From: an uncultured archaeon
GTDB lineage: Archaea; Iainarchaeota; Iainarchaeia; Iainarchaeales; DATDZZ01
NCBI GenBank assembly: GCA_964373795.1
Contig: CAYJVY010000006.1
Span: 1 to 32,000, forward strand
Direction of reading: 5' to 3'
Length of the DNA: 32,000 nucleotides
The notes beneath the pieces were generated by a model. The model saw only the letters and a program-made list of their open reading frames with translations. It ran no database searches and had not been told where the DNA came from. This document shows, piece by piece, positions 17,259-25,957 of the stretch. The translations under genes and the position numbers were made by a program. How positions within the stretch are numbered: the stretch's first letter is position 1; each line of letters starts with the position of its first letter.

Positions 17259-18203
17259 ATGAGGGAAATTCTTTTATTTAACTTGATTTCCTTGCTTCAA
17301 AAACAAGGCTTTAGAGTTACAAGTTTTTTGCATTCAAATACTTGCTTTGATTTGGCTGCAAAAAAATCTGATAACTGCTTGCTTATAAAGGTTTTTGAAA
17401 ACATTGATGCTTTTCGCCCTGAAGCAGCTGAAGAATTAAAAAAGATTTCTGTCTTGTTTAAGGCAATTCCAATTATTTTAGGAGAAAAATCAAAAGCATT
17501 TTCTTTACAAAAAGGATTAATTTATGAAAGATATGGATTGAATGTTGTTTCAATTAAAACCTTTACTCAATTATTGAATGAAAGCATTCCTTGGATTAAA
17601 TATTTTAAAGGAAAAAATATTGTTGAATTAGATAAGGATAAATTAAGAGATGAAAGAGAAAAAATGCATTTAACTTTAAATGAATTATCTGAAAAAATTG
17701 GGGTAGCAAAAGAATCTATTTACAGGTTTGAGCAAGGAAATTCTACTTCAATTGAAACTGGAAAAAAACTTGAAAAAGAACTAAAATGTAATTTAATTAA
17801 ACAGTTTAATTTATTTGATGCTCAAACTGTGCCAATTAATTTTAATGAAGAAATTGAGTTAAGCGATTCAGCTTTTGAAAGACTGCAAGACATTGGATTA
17901 AAGTTAACTTTTTTTGAACACGCTCCATTTAATGCAGCAAACAGCATTGAAGAAGATTTATTGATTTCAAAATCCTCTAAACAAGGATTGAAGAAAAAAG
18001 TTTTAGAACTAGAAAAATCCAAGCAATTATTTAATTCTCATTCAATGATTTTAACTTCAAACCCTGTTGCAAAAAAAGTAATTGAATCAACTCCAATAAT
18101 TGAAGAAGAAGAATTATATTCTTTAAGCAAGCCAAAAGATTTAATTAATTTAGTTAAAGAAAGAGAAAAACAACTTTTTAAAAAAAAGTTGACAAAAAAT
18201 TAA
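17259..18203 (+). CDS. archaeal XRE-family HTH transcriptional regulator with a distinct N-terminal domain
   Basis: A central helix-turn-helix, LRDEREKMHLTLNELSEKIGVAKESIYRFEQGNSTSIETGKKLEKEL, is flanked by N- and C-terminal domains. This matches the conserved archaeal regulator class of about 310 aa. Confidence 0.65.
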   Translation: MREILLFNLISLLQKQGFRVTSFLHSNTCFDLAAKKSDNCLLIKVFENIDAFRPEAAEELKKISVLFKAIPIILGEKSKAFSLQKGLIYERYGLNVVSIKTFTQLLNESIPWIKYFKGKNIVELDKDKLRDEREKMHLTLNELSEKIGVAKESIYRFEQGNSTSIETGKKLEKELKCNLIKQFNLFDAQTVPINFNEEIELSDSAFERLQDIGLKLTFFEHAPFNAANSIEEDLLISKSSKQGLKKKVLELEKSKQLFNSHSMILTSNPVAKKVIESTPIIEEEELYSLSKPKDLINLVKEREKQLFKKKLTKN

Positions 18204-18223
18204 AAAAAATTAGAGTGATTTTT

Positions 18224-18565
18224 ATGCGTTCGCGAGCAAAACTATCTAGATCAAGAAAAGTAACAACTGCTGGAAAAAAATCAATTCCTCGTGGCAGAGG
18301 AGCTCCTAGAACAGTTCAAGAAGCAAACAATGTTTACACTAAGAGATTAGCTGAGCTATGGGTTACTGCTAAAAGTGCAAAAATGCCTAAAACTTATTGG
18401 GATGGAATTCTTAGAAGAGCTAAAAGAAAAATTAATCATGCAATAGATTTACGTCGTATGAAAGGAAAGGTTTCAGCTAGATTTGTAATTGACATAATTT
18501 TAGGAGAAATTCAGGCAATCAATGACTCTGTTAACGGTTTTAAAAGAAGGCGTGTGAGAAAATAA
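18224..18565 (+). CDS. hypothetical small basic protein (113 aa)
   Basis: ATG at 18224 (the track uses an in-frame GTG at 18215). MRSRAKLSRSRKVTTAGKKSIPRGRGAPRT is a basic tail, followed by a helical region ending KRRRVRK. No family recognised. Confidence 0.55.
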   Translation: MRSRAKLSRSRKVTTAGKKSIPRGRGAPRTVQEANNVYTKRLAELWVTAKSAKMPKTYWDGILRRAKRKINHAIDLRRMKGKVSARFVIDIILGEIQAINDSVNGFKRRRVRK

Positions 18566-18613
18566 TTTTTCCTTGCTGGAAAACTTTATTAACTACTTTT
18601 CTCTATTTGTTTC

Positions 18614-19273
18614 ATGAAAATAGATTTTGAAGAACAAAGAAAGCAATTAGTTGAATTAATGAATTCAACTCAAGTAATTCAATCTGAAAACGTTAAAACA
18701 GCTTTTTTGAATGTTAAAAGAGAATTATTTATTCCAGAACAACTTCAAGCAGATGCTTATTATGATGGAGCTCTTCCACTTGGTTTTGGGCAAACAATTT
18801 CACAGCCTTCAACTATTGCAATAATGCTTGAAATGCTTAAAGTCGAAAAAGGCTTTAAGGTATTAGAAGTTGGATCTGGATGTGGATATGTAACTGCATT
18901 GCTTTCAGAACTCGTTGGATTGGAAGGAAAAGTTTTTGGAATGGAAATAGTTCCCGAATTAGTGGAAATTTCTAAAAAAAACTTGGAAAAACAAGGAGTG
19001 AAAAATGTTTCAATAATTCAAGGAGATGGCTCTAAAGGCTTGCAAGAAAAAGCTCCATTTGAACGCATTTTGATTTCAAGTGCTTCTCCTTTTATTCCAA
19101 AACCTTTACTTGAACAATTATCGGAAAAAGGAATTTGTGTTGCCCCAATAGGAGATGAAAGCTCTCAAGAAATGATTTCAATAATTAAATCAAAAAATGA
19201 ATTAATTCAAGAAAAATATCCTTTCTCCGCATTTGTATTTGTTCCACTAAAAGGCGAGCACGGATTTAAGTGA
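18614..19273 (+). CDS. pcm: protein-L-isoaspartate O-methyltransferase
   Basis: Contains GQTISQPSTIAIMLE and the SAM-binding motif VLEVGSGCGYVTA. At 219 aa the length is typical. Confidence 0.9.
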   Translation: MKIDFEEQRKQLVELMNSTQVIQSENVKTAFLNVKRELFIPEQLQADAYYDGALPLGFGQTISQPSTIAIMLEMLKVEKGFKVLEVGSGCGYVTALLSELVGLEGKVFGMEIVPELVEISKKNLEKQGVKNVSIIQGDGSKGLQEKAPFERILISSASPFIPKPLLEQLSEKGICVAPIGDESSQEMISIIKSKNELIQEKYPFSAFVFVPLKGEHGFK

Positions 19274-19373
19274 TTCTGAATTTCAACAAAAAATAAAAGC
19301 TTTTTCAAGTTGCAGAATTGTGAAATTAATGTTCATACAACTATTATTAAAATGCATAACAATTGCGTCAAAA

Positions 19374-19425
19374 TGTTACGGAAAACAGTAACATTTATTA
19401 ACTATTTGTTACTGAAATTAGTAAC
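19374..19425. promoter_or_regulatory. two tandem palindromes TGTTAC-N8-GTAAC(A) bracketing a TATA-like box upstream of the ATPase gene
   Basis: TGTTACggaaaacaGTAACA lies at 19374-19393 and TGTTACtgaaattaGTAAC at 19407-19425. TTTATTAAC (19394-19402) lies between them, about 50 nt upstream of ATG 19448. Confidence 0.5.
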
Positions 19426-19447
19426 CTTTTGGTGATAGTTTTTGACA

Positions 19448-20743
19448 ATGATTGATGTTTTAAATGGGTGGAATCCTTGGTGGTTTGGAAAAAAAGGGAT
19501 ATTGTTAGAGTTATCAGGCTTTGAAAGGCCAGAATATTATGAACTATTAAAAACTGTTAAAGTAAAGGAAATAACTGTTATTACTGGCATTAGACGCTCA
19601 GGAAAGAGTACAATAATGTATCAAATGATTAGGCGCCTGATAGAAAACGGAACCGATCCAAAGAGTATTTTATTGATAAATTTTGAAGATGAAGCACTAG
19701 TTGAATTGCCCATTGAGGAAATTTATGCAGAATACAGGCAAAAAATAAATCCTTACAAAAAGTCTTATATTTTTCTTGATGAGATTCAAAGAAAGGAAAA
19801 ATGGGAGTTATGGCTTAGAAAAAAGTATGATTTGAGAACAGATGCAAAGTTTGTTGTTTCTGGGAGCTCTTCTAGGCTACTAAAAAAAGAGTACTCTACT
19901 CTTCTTACTGGCAGAATTATGTCATTTGAAGTAATGCCATTGAGTTTTAAGGAGTTTTTGGAATTCTCAAAAATAAATCTGGACAAAAAAATGGTTGAAA
20001 AAGGACTTGTTTTCCCAGAAGACAAACCAAAAATACAAAATGCTTTGGCCCAATACTTGAATGAAGGTGGGTTCCCTGAAGTATTTTTTAAAGAAAAAGA
20101 ACAAAAAAGATTGCTTTTGAGTAATTATTTTGATGACATAATTTTCAAAGACATTGTTGACAGATACGGGATAAAAAGCCAAAAACCAAAAGAACTAGCA
20201 AAATACCTAGCAACAAATCTTGCTGGAAAAATATCCCTCAGAACCCTAAGAAAAGCAACTGGATTATCTTACGATCAAATAAAGAAATTCCTAAACCATT
20301 ATATGGAAGCATTCATATTTTTTGAAGTAAACCACTTTTCTTACTCATTAAAAGAACAAAAAACCAGGCCAAGCAAAACATACTGTATAGATAATGGTTT
20401 AAGGAATGCAGTTGCTTTCAAATTCTCTGAAGACATTGGAAAACTTGCAGAAAACCTTGTGTTCTTGGAGCTAAAAAGAAGAAAAGCAGAACTATATAAC
20501 TGGACAAACAAGTACGAAATAGATTTTGTAGTAAAAAATTCAGATAATTCCCTTGATGCAATAAACGTGTCTTTCACTGACGAAATAAATGAAAGAGAAA
20601 CACTTGGCTTACAGGAATTTAAAGAACAAAACAAAAAAGCAAACAAGCTCCTGCTAATAACAAAAAACACAGAAAAAACAAAAGAAGGAATAATATACAA
20701 ACCACTTTGGCAATGGTTAATAGAAAACAAGCAAACAAACTAA
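19448..20743 (+). CDS. AAA-family ATPase with a C-terminal DUF4143-type (nuclease-fold-like) domain
   Basis: Walker A GIRRSGKST and Walker B YIFLDEIQ are present. The C-terminal YEIDFVVKN...AINVS segment is typical of the widespread archaeal/bacterial AAA+DUF4143 ATPases. ATG 19448 is preferred over the TTG at 19442. Confidence 0.8.
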   Translation: MIDVLNGWNPWWFGKKGILLELSGFERPEYYELLKTVKVKEITVITGIRRSGKSTIMYQMIRRLIENGTDPKSILLINFEDEALVELPIEEIYAEYRQKINPYKKSYIFLDEIQRKEKWELWLRKKYDLRTDAKFVVSGSSSRLLKKEYSTLLTGRIMSFEVMPLSFKEFLEFSKINLDKKMVEKGLVFPEDKPKIQNALAQYLNEGGFPEVFFKEKEQKRLLLSNYFDDIIFKDIVDRYGIKSQKPKELAKYLATNLAGKISLRTLRKATGLSYDQIKKFLNHYMEAFIFFEVNHFSYSLKEQKTRPSKTYCIDNGLRNAVAFKFSEDIGKLAENLVFLELKRRKAELYNWTNKYEIDFVVKNSDNSLDAINVSFTDEINERETLGLQEFKEQNKKANKLLLITKNTEKTKEGIIYKPLWQWLIENKQTN

Positions 20744-20849
20744 TTCAACCAAGCAAAGAATAAAACGCTTTTTCAAACTGTTGCATGCTCATTGTATTAA
20801 GTAAATTGCCAATTATTGTTCATTATGTTGAGCAATAATGTTTGTAAAA

Positions 20850-20870
20850 GTGTTACAGTTTTTGTAACAC
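20850..20870. promoter_or_regulatory. third copy of the GTTAC/GTAAC palindrome, downstream of the ATPase gene
   Basis: GTGTTACagtttttGTAACAC, a 7-bp inverted repeat with a 7-nt spacer. Confidence 0.4.
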
Positions 20871-20902
20871 CTAACTTCCAAGCCTAAGGAAAGAATAAAA
20901 GG

Positions 20903-22216
20903 TTATTTTCCAGAATTTGGCTGGGTTTTTGGCAGTTCATAATAGTGGTGATATTCATAGTTTTCCACAGTTGTACTACTCCAATCCAAATTTCTTTCCT
21001 GGTCTTTTTCAAATTCTTTCCACAATTTTTTTGTCAAAGGAATTTCTTTCAATTTTTGCGGAAGAACTCTTCGTAGTTTTAATGGATTAATAGCCTGGAA
21101 TTGTTTATCCTCTTTTGGCTCATAGCCAGGGCTTCCAATAATTCTTTCGTAATATTTCAAATGCAAATATTGGCTTAATTGTTCAGGAGTAAAACCAAGT
21201 CTGTGGAATTCACTCCTAAACCACCAGTCAGGACCACCCATTACTTCAATAATCCAATGACATTCATAAGAATGGAATTCTTTTGAACCATAAACGAGCT
21301 TCTTGTTATGTTCGCCTCTTCCAATAGGGTTTACTCCGTGCAAAGCAGTAAACCAATAAAAGTCCCCTCTTAATCGCATCAACAACCTAGGGTTTTTCAA
21401 CCTTCTTTCAACTTCTCGAACAAAAATTTCCTCACGCTTCCAACCATATAGTCCGTGTAATTCGCTTCTAATTGCAGTAAAAAAATTCTTGACATAGTTA
21501 AGTGTTTCTCTTCCAGGATTTTTTTCCATTTTTTTCAAAAATTCTATAACATCAAAAGGAATTATTCTTCCCCCTGTTTTTGTGGATAACACTTCAAACA
21601 TGTCTGCAAAACCCCACATATTTGCATTAACAAGTTCAGCACACATTCCAGCAAATCGTTTCAAAGATTTTACATTAAACGGAGCTATACCTAAATCATA
21701 ACCTCCAAATATGCCCCCTTCCTGAATTCTTTTCAATTTGGGTTGCCATCTTCTCGCAAGTATTTTTTCAAGATTTTCTTCACTTATTCTTCCAGAATAT
21801 TTTGCTTTTCTTTTCTCAATATCTTGAGGAGTTGCTTTTCTTGCAAAAAATTCTGAAACCAAAACCCATTCACCTGAAGGCAGTTTATGCATCCCCATTT
21901 TAGGCAGTTCAGGAAACATTTTCGCAATTTTTGCAATTCTTCCTTGAAGAACTACTGCCTGCTCATTTGTAACAGGAGTTTCAACATTTTCATTTGGAAA
22001 ATATGGATTCCATTTGAAAAACTTTACAGCCACTTCCCGAGTTCTGCCTTCTTTGAATCTTAATTTCCCAACACGAATCAAAGATTTTTCAGTGTCATGC
22101 AAAACATCTTTTGGATCTTGGCTGACTTCAAGCCTTGCAACATCTTTTGCTGTTTTCCAATGCTTGAAAGCAAGCCTCCTTGAAGGCCTAAAAATTAATT
22201 TTTTCCCAGTTGGCAT
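20903..22216 (-). CDS. hypothetical protein (437 aa), Trp/His/Arg-rich orphan
   Basis: Long clean ORF with an ATG start and a basic N-terminus, MPTGKKLIFRPSRRLAFKHWK. I can assign no family. Notable segments are REVAVKFFK and YECHWIIEVMGGPDWWF. Confidence 0.65.
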   Translation of the reverse strand: MPTGKKLIFRPSRRLAFKHWKTAKDVARLEVSQDPKDVLHDTEKSLIRVGKLRFKEGRTREVAVKFFKWNPYFPNENVETPVTNEQAVVLQGRIAKIAKMFPELPKMGMHKLPSGEWVLVSEFFARKATPQDIEKRKAKYSGRISEENLEKILARRWQPKLKRIQEGGIFGGYDLGIAPFNVKSLKRFAGMCAELVNANMWGFADMFEVLSTKTGGRIIPFDVIEFLKKMEKNPGRETLNYVKNFFTAIRSELHGLYGWKREEIFVREVERRLKNPRLLMRLRGDFYWFTALHGVNPIGRGEHNKKLVYGSKEFHSYECHWIIEVMGGPDWWFRSEFHRLGFTPEQLSQYLHLKYYERIIGSPGYEPKEDKQFQAINPLKLRRVLPQKLKEIPLTKKLWKEFEKDQERNLDWSSTTVENYEYHHYYELPKTQPNSGK

Positions 22217-22378
22217 AAATAATCATTTTTCTTTAATTAATTCTGTGTTTCGCGGTCGCATGAACAATTAGTGTTTGACTTGATTAAAATAGTTTTCGCC
22301 CTGGTGGAATCCTAGGGCAGGTTCAGTCAATTTTTGGAGAAAAATAGTTATTAAATTAAGTTCTGCATTCATATTTTT

Positions 22379-23629
22379 ATGCAAAGCAGATTTAAATTAT
22401 TGTTTTCATTTTTTTTCTTTTGGCTTTTCCTCTTGCTTTTCAAGTTTGGAGCTGGACTGCATTTTGTATTGCTTTCTCCTCTCGGAGAAAGACTAATGCC
22501 TTTATGGGCAATTGGTTTAGTAATGAGTATTGCTTCAATTCTTCAACTAGTATTAGATATTCCTGCTGGAAACCTGTTAGACAGATTCGGGTATAAAAGA
22601 ATTCTAGTTATTGCAACAGTTATATCTGTTATTGGAGCTGCACTGCTTTTTTTTAATTTCACTATTTTTTCGTTTTTGCTAAGCATTTTTTTAATGACAA
22701 TTGGTTGGCTGTTTTTTGGACCAGGAAAAAACGCTTACTCATTGTCTCATGCAACAAAAAAAGAATCAACTAAATTTATGGCTTACAGAGACATTTTCAC
22801 TTCGGCTGGAATTGTTTTATCATGCATTTTGTTGCCGTTCCTTGTAAATGCATCAAATAAATTAATTTCAGTTGCATTGAGTTTGATTTTAGTGTTTGCA
22901 TGCATTGCAATTTTTTTCAGTCCAAAAGATTCAAAAATTATTGGAGTCGTTCACGGCCCTCATGAAAGAACTCATGCTCAAAGAAGACATGTATTCAAAA
23001 ATATTTTATTAACATTAAAAAACTTGAATCCTGCTAGCTCGCTTTTAATATTGCTTGAATTATCTGGAGCTATATTTTATGGAGTTGTATGGTTTATTGT
23101 TCCATTAATGATTGCTGCAAGTCCTGCAGATGCAGGCCTTTTAGGAATTGGTTTAAGCATGTTTGATTTTTCAATAATTGTTGTAGGATCATTTATTTGC
23201 GCTTTTGTGGAAAAAAGTGATAAAAAGTTAATGATTTTTTTTGGCTTGCTTTTATTTGCTGTTGCAGGAATGCTTGTAGGATTCAGCATTGGATTGCTTT
23301 TCCTTGTAATGGCTTTTCTTGCAACAACTGGAGATGAAATTGCAAGCATTCCTTTATGGGCTTGGCTTCATCAATTAGATAAAAAGCATAACAAGGATGG
23401 CTTGATTTCTGGAACAATAAATTTATTTGAAGACTTAGGATGGGCAATAGGGCCATTGCTTGCAGGAATAATCTATCCGATTTTTGGAGCTCAACTTTCA
23501 ATTTTTGTTGGCGCAATCCCATTACTATTATTGCTGTTCATTTACTATTTTATTGTTCGAAAACATGTAATTAGTATTTCTTTATTTGAAGTTCCAAAAA
23601 AACCACACAAGCATAGACATAAAACGTGA
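22379..23629 (+). CDS. major facilitator superfamily transporter
   Basis: Roughly 12 hydrophobic segments. MFS motif-A-like GNLLDRFGYKRIL follows the second helix. The C-terminal tail is basic, KKPHKHRHKT. Confidence 0.8.
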   Translation: MQSRFKLLFSFFFFWLFLLLFKFGAGLHFVLLSPLGERLMPLWAIGLVMSIASILQLVLDIPAGNLLDRFGYKRILVIATVISVIGAALLFFNFTIFSFLLSIFLMTIGWLFFGPGKNAYSLSHATKKESTKFMAYRDIFTSAGIVLSCILLPFLVNASNKLISVALSLILVFACIAIFFSPKDSKIIGVVHGPHERTHAQRRHVFKNILLTLKNLNPASSLLILLELSGAIFYGVVWFIVPLMIAASPADAGLLGIGLSMFDFSIIVVGSFICAFVEKSDKKLMIFFGLLLFAVAGMLVGFSIGLLFLVMAFLATTGDEIASIPLWAWLHQLDKKHNKDGLISGTINLFEDLGWAIGPLLAGIIYPIFGAQLSIFVGAIPLLLLLFIYYFIVRKHVISISLFEVPKKPHKHRHKT

Positions 23630-23724
23630 ATTTTTTTTAAAGCTTAATTTTTAATACTGCCTTGAATTCAATATACTTATTAATTTAAATTATTCTTGAA
23701 CTAAAAATTTAATGAGAAGATGAA

Positions 23725-24678
23725 ATGAAAAAGGTTTTCAAGCGTCATGAAACTCCTCCAAAAGGAATGCCTGGCAAATCTCCGCGCAAAAGAAGAGATA
23801 CGCATGCAGAGTATGTTAAAAGAAGAGAAAGAAATTTAGCTAAACTTGGTGCTCTTGAGTCAAGGTTTCGCGAATTCAAATCTAGTGGAAACTTTGTCGA
23901 AGCTGGAAAGATTTTACCTAACTTGATTGACGCAAGTCTTGGTGCTAGCAGAACTGGATTAGTTACTTATTATTCTAGGGAAGCTATAGGCATTGTTAGG
24001 GGTTTGATTGGTCAGAAAAAATTTCGGGAAGCATTAGAATTGATTGATTCTAATCCAAATTTTCACAGTATTATTTTAGATGTTTTTCAAGACTCAAGTT
24101 TTTTGTTAGATTTTGTTGCACTTGAAGGAATAAAAGGAGTCCAAGAATTAAGAGCGCTTTCTGACAGAATTGGAAAAATATTTGGTGTAAATCTTAGAAA
24201 ATTAACTGAATTCAATAGAGCTATTAGCAATGTTGAAGTTAGTGCAAGAAGAGAACGAAATAGAAAAACTCCTTTGTTGCAACAATTAGGTGTTTTTCCT
24301 CGTGAAGAATTGCCTGTAAAAAAATTATCCCCTAAAGGGAGAGAAGACTTAGAGTCAAAGCTTTTAGAGGCTAGAAAAACAAGGGAAGATATGATGGTTT
24401 TTGATCCAGGTTATGATGTTTCTGGTTTGGATAGAGAAATTACAAGACTTGAGTTAGCGCTGTCAGCCTCAAATCAAGAACGACTTCCTAGAAGAGTTAA
24501 CCGTCCTGATCAAAGAAGGGGAAGTCTTCCACAAACTGTTGAAGAACTTGAAGCAAGAATTGAGGATTTGGAAAGAACAAGAAGACAAATTTCCGCGCTC
24601 AACCCAAACCATAATTTTACTGAATTTGACAAACAGCTTGAAAAACTGCGTCAGGTTTTGGCAAGAAAAAAGAAATAA
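23725..24678 (+). CDS. hypothetical protein (317 aa), Arg-rich, coiled-coil-like C-terminus
   Basis: Clean ORF with 39 Arg in 317 aa by hand count. It has a basic N-terminal tail (GMPGKSPRKRRDTHAEYVKRRERN) and C-terminal heptad-like EELEARIEDLERTRRQ. No family recognised. Confidence 0.6.
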   Translation: MKKVFKRHETPPKGMPGKSPRKRRDTHAEYVKRRERNLAKLGALESRFREFKSSGNFVEAGKILPNLIDASLGASRTGLVTYYSREAIGIVRGLIGQKKFREALELIDSNPNFHSIILDVFQDSSFLLDFVALEGIKGVQELRALSDRIGKIFGVNLRKLTEFNRAISNVEVSARRERNRKTPLLQQLGVFPREELPVKKLSPKGREDLESKLLEARKTREDMMVFDPGYDVSGLDREITRLELALSASNQERLPRRVNRPDQRRGSLPQTVEELEARIEDLERTRRQISALNPNHNFTEFDKQLEKLRQVLARKKK

Positions 24679-24710
24679 TTTTTTCAACAACACTCTTGCG
24701 TCAAGCGAGG

Positions 24711-25955
24711 TTAGAAATAATTATACTCTTCTTTTGCAAAAACTTCTGAAATTTTTTGAGGCTGTATTTTAAGGCATTCTAATCCAGGCAAATTCTTTCC
24801 ACCTAAATACATTAAAAGCGCTCCACCAGACAAGCTAACTAAATTAAATTTATTGTGAGGAATCTCTAATTGTTTTAATGCATCAAGTGTTTGCCCTCCT
24901 CCAATAATTGTATGCCCAGAAGAATTTGCAACTGCATTAAATATTTCTTCAGTTCCATGCAAGAATTCTTGATCTTCAAACATTCCTGGAGGGCCATTTA
25001 ATGTAATGCATTTTGCTTGACTAATAATTGAAATAAATTTTTGAATAGTTTTTTCTCCAATGTCGTAACTCATAAAATTTAATGGCAGTTTACTTAAAGG
25101 AAATTCTTTTCTTTTCCCATCAACTTTGAATGCAAAGTCTTCAGGTAAAACAATTTTATTTGAATGCTTTTCAAGCAATTCCTTGCATAAAGGTAAAAAC
25201 TTGTCAAAACCTTTTTGAGTCATGAACTCAGATTCAAGGCCAAAGTTAACTCCTTTTGCTTTTAAAAAAGTTTTTCCAATCATTCCACCGCATAAAACAA
25301 AATCCATTGCATTATTCTTCAATAATTCTTGCATTATTTCTAATGGTTCTTCAATTTTAAATCCACTTAAAACAAAAATATTTGGAGTTCCTTGACAAAG
25401 CATTCTTTCATTAATTGCTTTAATTTCTTTTTCCAAGGTAGGGCCTATAAAGCTTGGAAGCAAAGAAGAAAATCCAGTGACAGATGCATGATTTCTATGA
25501 CAAATACTTAAAGCATCTTGAACAAACAAATCAGCATTTTTAGCAATTAATTGAATCCACTCGCTTTTTGAATGCTGTTCAGGAGTTCTATTCAGTCTTT
25601 CTTCAAACAAAAACCTAGTGTTTTCAAGTAAAAGAATTTCTCCTTCTTTTAATCCAGCAATAATTTTATCTAACTTATCATCCATTGCAGCAAAAAGAAT
25701 TTGTTTGCCAATTAATTTATTCATTTCCTCTACATGCTGTTTTAAAGAAATATAATCATCTTGTCTATGCCTTCCCTGATGACTTAAAACAACTATTTTA
25801 GCTCCCTTCTCTGACAAATCTTTTAACACTTTTGAATGCTCTACAATTCTGTCTTTCACTATAAGTTTATGATTAATTACATTTGAATTCAAGTCAACTC
25901 TAATAACAATTGTTTTCCCTTTAACTTCAATGTCTTTCAAATAATTAAAACTCAT
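24711..25955 (-). CDS. pgk: phosphoglycerate kinase (archaeal type)
   Basis: The N-domain reads VIRVDLNSNV...VVLSHQGRHRQDDYISL (archaeal HQGRP-type basic patch). The C-domain contains GGGQTLDAL and LSGGALL. Length is 414 aa. Confidence 0.85.
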   Translation of the reverse strand: MSFNYLKDIEVKGKTIVIRVDLNSNVINHKLIVKDRIVEHSKVLKDLSEKGAKIVVLSHQGRHRQDDYISLKQHVEEMNKLIGKQILFAAMDDKLDKIIAGLKEGEILLLENTRFLFEERLNRTPEQHSKSEWIQLIAKNADLFVQDALSICHRNHASVTGFSSLLPSFIGPTLEKEIKAINERMLCQGTPNIFVLSGFKIEEPLEIMQELLKNNAMDFVLCGGMIGKTFLKAKGVNFGLESEFMTQKGFDKFLPLCKELLEKHSNKIVLPEDFAFKVDGKRKEFPLSKLPLNFMSYDIGEKTIQKFISIISQAKCITLNGPPGMFEDQEFLHGTEEIFNAVANSSGHTIIGGGQTLDALKQLEIPHNKFNLVSLSGGALLMYLGGKNLPGLECLKIQPQKISEVFAKEEYNYF

Positions 25956-25957
25956 TT

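Noticed and set aside
20903-22216. Calling the 437-aa orphan a protein kinase
   Set aside because: Only a VAVK-like segment and a hinge-like LVSEFF are visible. The glycine loop is degenerate, and no HxD...N catalytic loop or DFG motif with correct spacing can be found. It is kept as a hypothesis to test, not as an annotation.
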